Assembly (NCBI GenBank): GCA_964636215.1
Contig: CAZWRJ010000002.1
Location: 20,967 to 84,966, forward strand
Reading direction: 5' to 3'
DNA length: 64,000 bases
Source: an uncultured Candidatus Saccharibacteria bacterium
Lineage (GTDB): Bacteria > Patescibacteriota > Saccharimonadia > Saccharimonadales > CAZJQT01
Shown one piece after another: positions 43,472 through 52,438 of this stretch. The notes under the pieces were generated by a model, which saw only the letters and a program-made list of their open reading frames with translations, searched no databases and was not told where the DNA came from. Made by a program: the position numbers and the translations under genes. Each line of letters begins with the position of its first letter. The stretch's first letter is position 1.

Positions 43472-44785
43472 ATGGATCGAGTCTTAGCTCGTGACCTAAA
43501 AAGTCACGTTGGTAATGAAGTTACAGTAGAAGGTTGGCTACATAAAAAACGTCTGCTCGGTGGGCTAACTTTTATTAATTTGCGTGACCGCAGTGGCCTT
43601 ATTCAGATTGTTGTCCAAGACAAGGACGAGGTTGAAAAACTACGCGGTCAGCAAATAGGTGCTGTACTTAGAATTAGCGGGCAAGTTAAAGAAGAGCCCA
43701 GGGCCCCTGGCGGTGCGGAACTGCACGATCCAAAAATAGAGATTATAGTACCAGTCACTGACGAATCACCAATCGAAATTGATAAGCCGCTCAGCCACAA
43801 GTCAGACAATCTAGACACCCTGTTTGATAATCGTGTTGTTGGACTACGTAATCTTAAGGAAACAACAATTTTCAAAATTCGTAGTGAACTAACTCGCTAC
43901 ATCCGCGAATTTCTATATAAGAATGATTTTGTAGAGATCAACACCCCTAAGTTGGTGGCCGGTGCAGCCGAAGGTGGCGCCGAAGTGTTCAAACTTGATT
44001 ATTTTGGCCAAGAGGCCACTCTGGCTCAGAGCCCGCAACTTTACAAGCAAATTATGGTAGGCGTCTTCGAGCGAGTCTTTGAAATTGCTCCAGCTTTCCG
44101 GGCTGAGTTATCAGCTACCACACGCCACGTATCGGAAGTTACTATGCTTGATATCGAGATGGGATTTATCAAAGGACACGAAGACGTACTGAAAATGGTC
44201 CAGGATATGGTGTACGAAGTCGTTTCGCGGGTTTATCAAGAACACGGAGATGAATTAAAAACTTTAGGTGCGCCCGATTTAGTGCTTAAGCCGGAACTTC
44301 CCCGCTACAGCATGCCCCAAATTCATGAGTTATTTACTAGAGAAACAGGCACTGATACCACAAACGAACTCGATCTGACGCCAGAGGAAGAAAAATGGAT
44401 CTGCGAATACACCAAGACCCATGATGGTTGTGAAGCATTGTATGTAACAGGTATGCCGGTAGTTTCTAAGATGAAGTTTTATCACAAGAAAGCTGATAAC
44501 GGCGAGCATGCTGAAGCGGCCGACTTACTATTCCGTGGTGTCGAATTGGCTACCGTACCTCAACGTGAGCATCGTCACGAAAATCTAGCCGAACAAATGA
44601 AAGCGGCCGGGGTTGACATAAATCACCCTGGTTTCTCTCATTTTCTACTGGCGTTTAAGCACGGCCTGCCGCCGCACGGCGGTTGCGGGTTCGGCATAGA
44701 CCGACTAACTCAAAAAGTCGTCGGTCTGGCTAATATCAAAGAAGCCATACTATTCCCGCGCGACATCAACCGCCTGTCCCCGTAG
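43472..44785 (+). CDS. aspS: Aspartate--tRNA ligase, archaeal/type-2 (possibly non-discriminating)
   Basis: 437 aa with an N-terminal OB fold (VTVEGWLHKKRLLGGLTFINLRDRSG). Class II motifs are present: FRAE, and GLPPHGGCGFGIDRL as motif 3. Confidence 0.85.
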   Translation: MDRVLARDLKSHVGNEVTVEGWLHKKRLLGGLTFINLRDRSGLIQIVVQDKDEVEKLRGQQIGAVLRISGQVKEEPRAPGGAELHDPKIEIIVPVTDESPIEIDKPLSHKSDNLDTLFDNRVVGLRNLKETTIFKIRSELTRYIREFLYKNDFVEINTPKLVAGAAEGGAEVFKLDYFGQEATLAQSPQLYKQIMVGVFERVFEIAPAFRAELSATTRHVSEVTMLDIEMGFIKGHEDVLKMVQDMVYEVVSRVYQEHGDELKTLGAPDLVLKPELPRYSMPQIHELFTRETGTDTTNELDLTPEEEKWICEYTKTHDGCEALYVTGMPVVSKMKFYHKKADNGEHAEAADLLFRGVELATVPQREHRHENLAEQMKAAGVDINHPGFSHFLLAFKHGLPPHGGCGFGIDRLTQKVVGLANIKEAILFPRDINRLSP

Positions 44786-44803
44786 AAGAGTAAACAGCTT
44801 TAC

Positions 44804-45058
44804 TTACCTACGGCTTTTCGGCTCGCCAGTTTTATGATCAAAACCAAGCCAACCCTGATGAGGACCTTGAATTGCCCATCTGTCTACCGTGATGAGTTCA
44901 TGATCGTCACCACCATAACCGGTTTCCGGTAACGAGCCCGATCCTACTGTGTCTGAGCCAGACTCAGAAGCAAAATGTAACACTGCTCCCGAAACTTGGC
45001 TTGAAACATCACATGATGCTAGTTGGTCGCCTTGCTGAACCTCACCTATAACTGTCAT
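44804..45058 (-). CDS. Hypothetical small protein (84 aa)
   Basis: The ORF has an AAAGGA SD-like element 7 nt upstream and sits just after a terminator hairpin. I recognised no family. Confidence 0.4.
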   Translation of the reverse strand: MTVIGEVQQGDQLASCDVSSQVSGAVLHFASESGSDTVGSGSLPETGYGGDDHELITVDRWAIQGPHQGWLGFDHKTGEPKSRR

Positions 45059-45072
45059 TTTATATCCTTTCT

Positions 45073-45107
45073 GACAAAGAAAAACCTCCCCTTCTTGCGG
45101 GGAGGTT
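45073..45107 (-). terminator. Rho-independent terminator (minus strand)
   Basis: The minus strand reads AACCTCCCC(gcaagaa)GGGGAGGTT followed by TTTTCTTTG: a 9-bp GC-rich stem, a 7-nt loop and a U-run. Confidence 0.8.
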
Positions 45108-45270
45108 CGTTTGTCTTTGATTTAATTTATTTGGCTACAAACCGAACTCTCCCCTTTGGGCCACGATAATAGCTAGCTTGACGGCTGGAAAGTTAGTTTG
45201 AATAGTCACGTTTTTTAGACTACGCCTAAATCTATACTTGTCAACTCCGGGAAGAGTTTCCAATCTGTGA

Positions 45271-46794
45271 TTACTTACCTGAGGCACCCGCCGAAAAGGC
45301 ATCCCACGAAGCTTTGTGCGCGTAGTTGGTATCTACAAGGCCAAAGTTATATCCACCAGAGCTGTTGTTGTCGCTATACGTAAACCAGAATAGTGGTCCA
45401 GCCCATGAGTAGCTAGAAAAGGTGCTATAAGCAGCTTTAAGCGCGGCGGCCTGCGCTGCTTGAGTCTCGCAGCAAGTACCTTGACCATACTCAGTGGCCC
45501 ATATTTTCTTATCGGCATCGTTGTTGCTAACCATAATGTTACGAATCGTAAGCATCTCCTGCCAACCTTGACCGTTAGGCGCTAGGCTGGGGAAATTATA
45601 AGGATGGAAGGCCAGGGCATCGAAATAATCAATTGCACCAGCTGCATACATCTGGGTTACAAAGGTCACAGGCGAAATAGCTAGACCGCCAGCTTCTGCG
45701 GTTGGAGCAGCAATAACCTGACTGCCACCGTCGACTGTTTTGATTGCCCCGTAAGCGGCCTTGAGCTGGGCTACATAACTAGCAGCACTAGGAGTCGGTA
45801 GCCACTTGGAATAGAAATTAGGCTCGTTACCAATCTCCCAATGTTTAACCGTATTACCCCGTTCTTTGAAGTGCTTGACGACTTCCTTCACAAAGGCACC
45901 AAAATCACTGGGGTTGGTAGCCGGATAGTTATTACCTTTACCGCCATTTGCCCAATCGGGGGTCCAATTCGGCATAATATTGACTAGCAGGTATAAATCA
46001 CGTGATTCGGCACCGTCAACCAGTCGGTCAGCATTGGTCCAGTCAATGGCGCCTCCTTTAGTTGGCTGCATCACTCTCCAGCTTATATAGGCTCGAACCC
46101 ACTTGGAGTGAGCAGCTTGAACGCCGTCCATGGCTTTATTAAAATCACTATCGCTAGACTTAAAGAAATCTAGGCCGGAAATTGATAATCCATAACGGTT
46201 TACTCCAGTAACTGGATAAGAAGACCCATCAATGTTACCGCTCCAGATGGTTATTCGGTGCCAGTCCCCGCTAACGGTACAAACTTTATTTGATGGGTTA
46301 TAGGTCGCTGGCTTGATTAACCAAGCCCCGTACCACAGGAAAACGTTACCGTAGTACAGAGTTTGACCGCTGACTGTTAGAGGTCCATAGCCTGTGAAAG
46401 CATTATCAATGTTACTACAGGTCAAATTTTTGTAGTGGAGCAATCCAGCAGTGGATATTGCAGAAGTTTTAGGGGCAAACTCCTTTGTTACAGGACTATA
46501 TGTACCCACACGACCCTTGCCACTTGAGGGTATCTCCACACAATTATCCGCGATTGGTCCGAAGATAGTAGATGTAGCCGACCTAGGACATTTAGTGTTA
46601 ATACCAGTATTTACTGGTTTAACTACGTTACTTCTGAGGTAATACAAAGGTGGATCTAGGGAACTAGCAAATGCCCGGAATAACAGATAAGCGGCAGGCA
46701 AGGCGAATAACACCACAAATATAATGGCTATAACTTTGCGACGCTTACTGAATGACAACTTGCGAACTTTTTTGAACTTCTTGTTTTTAGCCAT
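45271..46794 (-). CDS. Secreted/membrane-anchored glycoside hydrolase, GH5-like (cellulase superfamily)
   Basis: 507 aa with a basic N-terminus and a TM anchor. HWEIGNEPN supplies the acid/base Glu in the NEP motif, and IWATEYGQ supplies the nucleophile Glu. Confidence 0.7.
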   Translation of the reverse strand: MAKNKKFKKVRKLSFSKRRKVIAIIFVVLFALPAAYLLFRAFASSLDPPLYYLRSNVVKPVNTGINTKCPRSATSTIFGPIADNCVEIPSSGKGRVGTYSPVTKEFAPKTSAISTAGLLHYKNLTCSNIDNAFTGYGPLTVSGQTLYYGNVFLWYGAWLIKPATYNPSNKVCTVSGDWHRITIWSGNIDGSSYPVTGVNRYGLSISGLDFFKSSDSDFNKAMDGVQAAHSKWVRAYISWRVMQPTKGGAIDWTNADRLVDGAESRDLYLLVNIMPNWTPDWANGGKGNNYPATNPSDFGAFVKEVVKHFKERGNTVKHWEIGNEPNFYSKWLPTPSAASYVAQLKAAYGAIKTVDGGSQVIAAPTAEAGGLAISPVTFVTQMYAAGAIDYFDALAFHPYNFPSLAPNGQGWQEMLTIRNIMVSNNDADKKIWATEYGQGTCCETQAAQAAALKAAYSTFSSYSWAGPLFWFTYSDNNSSGGYNFGLVDTNYAHKASWDAFSAGASGK

Positions 46795-46847
46795 TAATTC
46801 TAATGTTTATTAACTTATCTAAACTATCGGTCATGTTGTCATTTTTG

Positions 46848-47459
46848 TCAATTATCCTTGGCGTGCCAAATGTACCAACAGGCGACGGTTTCGTAAGGAT
46901 GCCACTTATATTTTTTGGCAATAGACCTAATTTTTTCACCGTCCGGCAGAATTTTTATACCGTACAATTTTTGGATTCCTGAACGTATACCCAGATCACC
47001 AACGGCTAAAACATCCAGACGGGCCATAGCAAACATCAAAAACATATGCGCCGTCCATTCCCCAATACCTTTAACAGCAGTCAGCTCAGCGATGATTTCT
47101 TCGTTAGTGAGGTTATCAAATTTTTCCAATTCTAACTTTCCATCAACAATGTGCTGAGCCAGGGCGCGTACATAACTGGCCTTAGCATTGCTCATACCAG
47201 CTGAACGCAAAGTTTTGTGAGGCGTTATTAGGATCTGATCAGGGCTAGGCAGCGAACCTGGAAAAAGTGCCAAGAAGCGAGTTTCAATCGTTTTAGCGGC
47301 CTTAATACTGAGCTGTTGGCTGATAATGCTATCTACTAGTTCCCAGTAATAATCTTTGTGCGGTTTAATGGTGCAAAGACCAGCCTGTTTTACGACTGTC
47401 GCTAGCACCGGATCATTCTTTGCCAAATGATCGGCGGCCTTTTGCATAACTTCTTCCAT
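46848..47459 (-). CDS. DNA-3-methyladenine glycosylase II-like (HhH-GPD superfamily)
   Basis: 203 aa with a helix-hairpin-helix (LTAVKGIGEWTAHMFLMF) followed by VLAVGDLGIRSG, which holds the catalytic Asp. Confidence 0.78.
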   Translation of the reverse strand: MEEVMQKAADHLAKNDPVLATVVKQAGLCTIKPHKDYYWELVDSIISQQLSIKAAKTIETRFLALFPGSLPSPDQILITPHKTLRSAGMSNAKASYVRALAQHIVDGKLELEKFDNLTNEEIIAELTAVKGIGEWTAHMFLMFAMARLDVLAVGDLGIRSGIQKLYGIKILPDGEKIRSIAKKYKWHPYETVACWYIWHAKDN

Positions 47460-47497
47460 GGACTCTAGTATAAATTGCTTGTTACAATTCTAGTCAC

Positions 47498-48046
47498 ATG
47501 TCCAACGAAACTCTTACAGGCGAAGTGATCATTGACGAAGCAAAACCGGAGAACGCTGATGAGGTAGCAGCCTTTTGTCAACCGATTTACCAAGCAGTCT
47601 ATCCTAACGAAAAATATGGGTTAACTGCTGAGCAGTTTTCGCCAGAGATTTTTAAAACGGAGGATACTTTAAGCTACTTCAGAGACATTTTAGATAACAA
47701 TGAACACCAACGGGCTTATCTTGCTCGAATAAACGGCCAATTAGTAGGCACAATAAGCGTGACAGAGTTTGAGGACCATTATGAGCCACGTTGTTTTTAC
47801 GTCGAGACTAATCTTCAAGGTCAAGGTATAGGTAAGACACTATGGCAAAAGGCTATGGAGTTTTGCCAAAAGCCATTACCAGTTCGAGTTGAGGTAGCTG
47901 AGACAAATGACAAAACTATAGCGATGTACGAGAGTTGGGGTTTTGTGCGTAAACCAGATCTAGGCGTAAAGATGCGTCATTGGCCCGAGTGGCCAGAGAG
48001 TATCGAGAACGGATATATTTTCTTAGAAAAAACACCCAAGTCATAG
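47498..48046 (+). CDS. GNAT-family N-acetyltransferase
   Basis: 182 aa with acetyl-CoA binding motif A (FYVETNLQGQGIGKTLW). Confidence 0.75.
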   Translation: MSNETLTGEVIIDEAKPENADEVAAFCQPIYQAVYPNEKYGLTAEQFSPEIFKTEDTLSYFRDILDNNEHQRAYLARINGQLVGTISVTEFEDHYEPRCFYVETNLQGQGIGKTLWQKAMEFCQKPLPVRVEVAETNDKTIAMYESWGFVRKPDLGVKMRHWPEWPESIENGYIFLEKTPKS

Positions 48047-48062
48047 GCGTATAATCTCAATT

Positions 48063-48896
48063 ATGGACAAGAATAGTGCTTCCGGACCAGAACCAGAAAA
48101 AAATGAAGAACCAGAGCCTGAAATTGATCAGGTTTCGGCCAATAAAGCGGCTGCCGAATACGCCAAGACTATAACACCGGCTAAAAAATCTCGCCGCAAA
48201 CCAATCATTTTCATTACACTAGTGCTCCTGTTGCTAATCGTGGCCGGTATATTTTTACTCAAACGGCCCAAGCCCGAATCAATCCCAACTACTGACCTTG
48301 CGCCATCTAGTACTCAAACTAACACCACAACAACCAACATTAGTACCGAAACCAAAAAATATGATTCCTCACAGTTCCAACTAACCTTTAGTTATCCAAG
48401 TGACTGGACGGTCACCGATAAAGCTCTTAGCGGCGTATTAACAGCCGTATCTCCTCCTTTAAGTTTGACAGATAGCACCGGCGAAATAGTTACTGGGCAA
48501 GTCATCTTCATGCTCAGGGATCATAACCAAAAACTAGCTGAGTTTGACGCTGGAAATGCCACCGCGGCCATTGCCTCAGAGAAAATATCTTACACAAGCC
48601 CAGGACCCACACAGCGAGACAAGACTTATCTGAGCTATCTTAGATATGCTGGTTCAGAAGCGGCCACTCTCGACGGTCTGTATATAACAGGGGATTTTGG
48701 CTACAAATTAGACCAAGCCATTCCTAAAGTTGATATATCCAAAATTGACCCGATTACCAGCATCACTTTTGTTCAGTGTAGTGATAGCGCTTGTGCCGAG
48801 CCAACAATGCCGCTTAGTATCTCGCTCGATAGCTGGAAAAACTCCAGTCTATCCGGACCTCTAAAAAACATCCTGAAATCACTATCCATTAACTAA
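48063..48896 (+). CDS. Hypothetical single-pass membrane protein with extracellular domain
   Basis: 277 aa with an acidic/proline-rich N-terminus, a TM helix (IIFITLVLLLLIVAGIFLL), a T/S/N-rich linker and a globular C-domain. Confidence 0.55.
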   Translation: MDKNSASGPEPEKNEEPEPEIDQVSANKAAAEYAKTITPAKKSRRKPIIFITLVLLLLIVAGIFLLKRPKPESIPTTDLAPSSTQTNTTTTNISTETKKYDSSQFQLTFSYPSDWTVTDKALSGVLTAVSPPLSLTDSTGEIVTGQVIFMLRDHNQKLAEFDAGNATAAIASEKISYTSPGPTQRDKTYLSYLRYAGSEAATLDGLYITGDFGYKLDQAIPKVDISKIDPITSITFVQCSDSACAEPTMPLSISLDSWKNSSLSGPLKNILKSLSIN

Positions 48897-48981
48897 AGCA
48901 AAGCCCTTGGGTGAGATTGTAATTGGCAAACTTTGGTTTAAAGATTATAGTTTAGCTTAAGCATAAAAAAGGAATGATAAA

Positions 48982-50745
48982 GTGGCAGACGAAGACCAGC
49001 CGCCCGAAATACAAACAGGCGAAACGACCGAAGTAGAAACACCGAAACCAGACAACGGACCTGAGCCCACAGACACAAAACCTGAACAACCAGCCAAAAA
49101 GCCGAACTTTCTAAAACGTTTTTGGGCTAACTATAAGACTAAGAAAAAAGTTAGTATTCCTTTGACGGTCTTAGCTATTCTGACACTCCTGATGATTATT
49201 CCTACAACTCGCTATGCCATTTTAGGATTATTCGTTAAGCATGATGTCGACATACAGGTATTGGACAACCGCACAAACGCACCAGTTAGTGGTGTTAATG
49301 TTACGATCCACGGCCAGACTGTTATTTCCGATAGTGACGGCATTGCAGCATTTAGCTCTGTGAAAATAGGTCCTGCTGAAGTTACGGCCACCAAGACCTA
49401 CTATAAGGACGCCAGTCAATCGATCTCTGTTGGCTGGAAAAAGGACGTCAGTCCTCCGCAGGTCAAGATAGAAGCCACTGGCCGCCAGATACCTATCCAT
49501 GTAACTAACAAGATTACTGGGGCTGATCTAGCTGGAGCCATAGTTAAAACCAGCAATACCCAGGTTCAAACGGATGATAAAGGTCTAGCTACTATGGTAC
49601 TAGCAGCCGACGCCGATACAGTTCAAGCTGATATTTCACTGTCTGGCTACAATACTAGTAAAGTTAGTATTACTGTTGACGAAAAGGCCGTAAAAGAAAA
49701 CAGTTTTACTCTAGCACCAGCCGGCAAGATTTATTTCTTGTCTAAGCGGACCGGGAAAATCAATCTAATGAAGTCCGATCTTGATGGCCAAAATCAAAAA
49801 GTCGTTTGGGCCGGTACAGGCAAGGAAGAGGACACCAATACTATATTGTTAGCCAGTAGAGACTGGAAATACTTAGCATTTCTTTCAAGACGAGCAGGTA
49901 CTTATGGCCACCTTTACCTAGTTGATACTAGCAACGACAAGACAACTGAGATGGACGGCGGTGACGCCGTGATAACACTAGTGGGTTGGTCGGATCACAA
50001 TTTTATCTACAAAGTTGACCGTCAATCAGTAAAGGAATGGCAACCAAATAGACAAGCTCTCAAAAGCTATAATGCTGACACCAGTCAGCTAACGGTTGTT
50101 GACCAGACAGACGCCAAAGGCACTAGTTCTGACAGTGCTACTGAACAATTTAGTGACATAAATCTACTGTCGGATGAAATAGTCTATTCCAAGTATTGGT
50201 ATGGTTCAGAGGATAAACTGGCCGGCGAGCGTATGGGAATTTACACCGCTCATCCCAGTGGTGCTGGTCGTCAGCTAGTCAAAGATTTTCCTACTACTGG
50301 GGGGTACATCAGTAGTGTTTTGGCCAAACCCGACAAAGTATATTTCAGCATTAGTACCGATGCCACTACATACTATGTCTACGAAAACGGTAGCCTGACT
50401 AATGATTCTAGTGTGACTAGCGAAGACTACTATGCCGCTGACACAGTTTATTTAGCTTCGCCAAATCTCCAAAAAACTTTCTGGTACGAAGAGCGTGACG
50501 GTAAAAATGCTTTGTTCGTGGGCGACGCTAATGCAGGTGGTGCCAAAGAAATAGCCGACCTCAGTGAGTACAAAACTTACGGTTGGTACACCGATAACTA
50601 TCTACTAGTTTCCAAGGATGACAGTGAGCTTTATATTCTGCCTGTCGCTGGGGCTGGTGACAAAGGTCAAATTCTCAAAATAACCGATTACCACAAACCA
50701 TCCGCCAAGTTTTACGGCTACGGTGGTGGCTACGGCGGAATCTAA
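48982..50745 (+). CDS. Hypothetical membrane-anchored protein with Ig-like/PEGA-type domains and TolB-like beta-propeller region
   Basis: 587 aa with a GTG start and an N-terminal TM anchor. Two ~80-aa beta-sandwich-like segments occur (VDIQVLDNRTNAPVSGVNVTIHGQ..; IPIHVTNKITGADLAGAIVKT..). A KIYFLSKRTGKINLMKSDLDGQNQK segment is typical of TolB/WD40-like blades. Confidence 0.5.
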   Translation: MADEDQPPEIQTGETTEVETPKPDNGPEPTDTKPEQPAKKPNFLKRFWANYKTKKKVSIPLTVLAILTLLMIIPTTRYAILGLFVKHDVDIQVLDNRTNAPVSGVNVTIHGQTVISDSDGIAAFSSVKIGPAEVTATKTYYKDASQSISVGWKKDVSPPQVKIEATGRQIPIHVTNKITGADLAGAIVKTSNTQVQTDDKGLATMVLAADADTVQADISLSGYNTSKVSITVDEKAVKENSFTLAPAGKIYFLSKRTGKINLMKSDLDGQNQKVVWAGTGKEEDTNTILLASRDWKYLAFLSRRAGTYGHLYLVDTSNDKTTEMDGGDAVITLVGWSDHNFIYKVDRQSVKEWQPNRQALKSYNADTSQLTVVDQTDAKGTSSDSATEQFSDINLLSDEIVYSKYWYGSEDKLAGERMGIYTAHPSGAGRQLVKDFPTTGGYISSVLAKPDKVYFSISTDATTYYVYENGSLTNDSSVTSEDYYAADTVYLASPNLQKTFWYEERDGKNALFVGDANAGGAKEIADLSEYKTYGWYTDNYLLVSKDDSELYILPVAGAGDKGQILKITDYHKPSAKFYGYGGGYGGI

Positions 50746-50822
50746 CAATCTTGGCTATATGAGCTCATCCTCAACTGGCTAACTACCGGTGTATTTGTTA
50801 AACTCTGACAAGGATAAGCATT

Positions 50823-51392
50823 ATGGCTAAAAAAGAGCGCAAAGAGGATTTAAACCCACGCAGTGAAAGTATCGAGGAGAAGGTCAGGCAAATGCTCGAC
50901 CCTAATTTACCTGATAAGCCAGAACCATCGACTCCGCCCAAGAGTGTTTCTATCAAAGACTTAGACCCTATCCCAGAAATAGAACTGGACACCAAGACCG
51001 AGCAACCACCATCAGCACCAGAATTACCAAGTACTGAAACGGTCAAAAAACCAACCAAGAAATCGACAATTGCCAGAGAGCGAAAGGTAATTATGCCGAT
51101 TGGTGAAGCAAGCCTATCCGAAGAAGTTAATGTAAGAGTGAACCTCGATAAACAAGCAAAATCCTCTAAAAATCCAGTAATTGACGATACGGCTACCGAC
51201 AAAGCCGTAGATGAGATTATGGTAGCGGAAGGCGACCAACTGTTGGATGCAACCGCTCCCTTATTGCCGCCTGCGACAGAAGATGATCAGTCCGAAGGTA
51301 AAAAAGTACGACGTCACCCAGCGCTTAGATGGTTTTTTTATTTCGTACTCTTAGTCGGGCTCATAACCCTTAGCTTGTTAACTTTTAGCTAG
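50823..51392 (+). CDS. Hypothetical protein, disordered and acidic with a C-terminal TM anchor
   Basis: 189 aa with a P/E/K-rich low-complexity sequence and a C-terminal helix (WFFYFVLLVGLITLSLLTF). Confidence 0.5.
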   Translation: MAKKERKEDLNPRSESIEEKVRQMLDPNLPDKPEPSTPPKSVSIKDLDPIPEIELDTKTEQPPSAPELPSTETVKKPTKKSTIARERKVIMPIGEASLSEEVNVRVNLDKQAKSSKNPVIDDTATDKAVDEIMVAEGDQLLDATAPLLPPATEDDQSEGKKVRRHPALRWFFYFVLLVGLITLSLLTFS

Positions 51393-51450
51393 ACCTAGTC
51401 GCATCTTAAATTTATTGCATTTAGACGGAATATTTTGGACAATACTGCTT

Positions 51451-51690
51451 ATGAGTAAAAAGAATAAAAAACGAAATAAGGCTTGGTTTATTCGGGTACG
51501 CTGGAGTTATTTGCCAAATAGTTGGCAAGGCTGGTTAACATACATACCAATGCTTAGTTTCTTGGTAATAGTTTTTATTGTTATTCACCACCAAAATCGC
51601 TCATGGCTTAACACCATACTGCTCTACATACCTTATATGGTAATAACAGGTGTAGTTATGACTTGGATTGCCAGTCACGAAAGTCGTTAA
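51451..51690 (+). CDS. Small membrane protein (79 aa)
   Basis: I prefer ATG 51451 (MSKKNKKRNKAWF) over TTG 51415. Two TM helices are predicted. Confidence 0.45.
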   Translation: MSKKNKKRNKAWFIRVRWSYLPNSWQGWLTYIPMLSFLVIVFIVIHHQNRSWLNTILLYIPYMVITGVVMTWIASHESR

Positions 51691-51857
51691 TTGTCCCTAA
51701 AACTAACCCCTAAACGCTTGTGCTAAAATGGGAATAGTATAAACAGGACTACTAAGTAAACAAGAACTCGTTAGCTGGGCTATAGCTTATTAATACAATT
51801 TACTGGTAATTCTAAGCCGAGGCTACGTGCGTCGAGTAAACCAAGGAGGTAACAACA

Positions 51858-52433
51858 ATGGATGATGACAATCAAGCTAACCCTGTTCAGTCAACCCCGG
51901 ATGAGGCTGCCGCCCCAGACGTGGTTACTCCAGCTTCTCCGGCTGATGTGCCAGTAACCGAGCCAACTAATCCCGCCCCCTCCAGTCTACCCGTGGATGG
52001 CTTTTCAACTCCACCATTATCACCTCCAGTCGAAGAAATTTCAGTATCTTCTGATCCGATTTCGGCTCCAGCCGTAGTTTCTCCAGAGCCCACCCCGTCG
52101 GTTGGTGTAGTTGCACCCCCCTCATCTGAACCTTCGCCCGAATCCTCGGTGACCAGTCAGGCGCCGGTTACCAGCGGATACGGTTCTGGAACAGTTCCAA
52201 TCCAAGCTCCATCAAGTGACGTAACTACTCCAGCTACTGATTTACCCAGTGAGCCTTTACCAGCTGCAACCACCGAATCACCAGCAGCTACATCAACTAT
52301 TAGTGATGCTCCGAATACTCCAATGCCCCAGCAGCCCATACCTCCCAAATCTTCATCAAAGGGAGTTATTGTTTTAGCTGTGATCGTGGCTATCGCCCTG
52401 GCTTCGCTAGCCGTTTTCGCGTTCTTGAGATAG
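51858..52433 (+). CDS. Pro/Ser/Thr-rich protein with C-terminal TM anchor
   Basis: 191 aa. A strong SD (AAGGAGG) precedes the ATG. An extended PxxP/S/T low-complexity region is followed by VIVLAVIVAIALASLAVFAFL. Confidence 0.55.
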   Translation: MDDDNQANPVQSTPDEAAAPDVVTPASPADVPVTEPTNPAPSSLPVDGFSTPPLSPPVEEISVSSDPISAPAVVSPEPTPSVGVVAPPSSEPSPESSVTSQAPVTSGYGSGTVPIQAPSSDVTTPATDLPSEPLPAATTESPAATSTISDAPNTPMPQQPIPPKSSSKGVIVLAVIVAIALASLAVFAFLR

Positions 52434-52438
52434 ACCTC

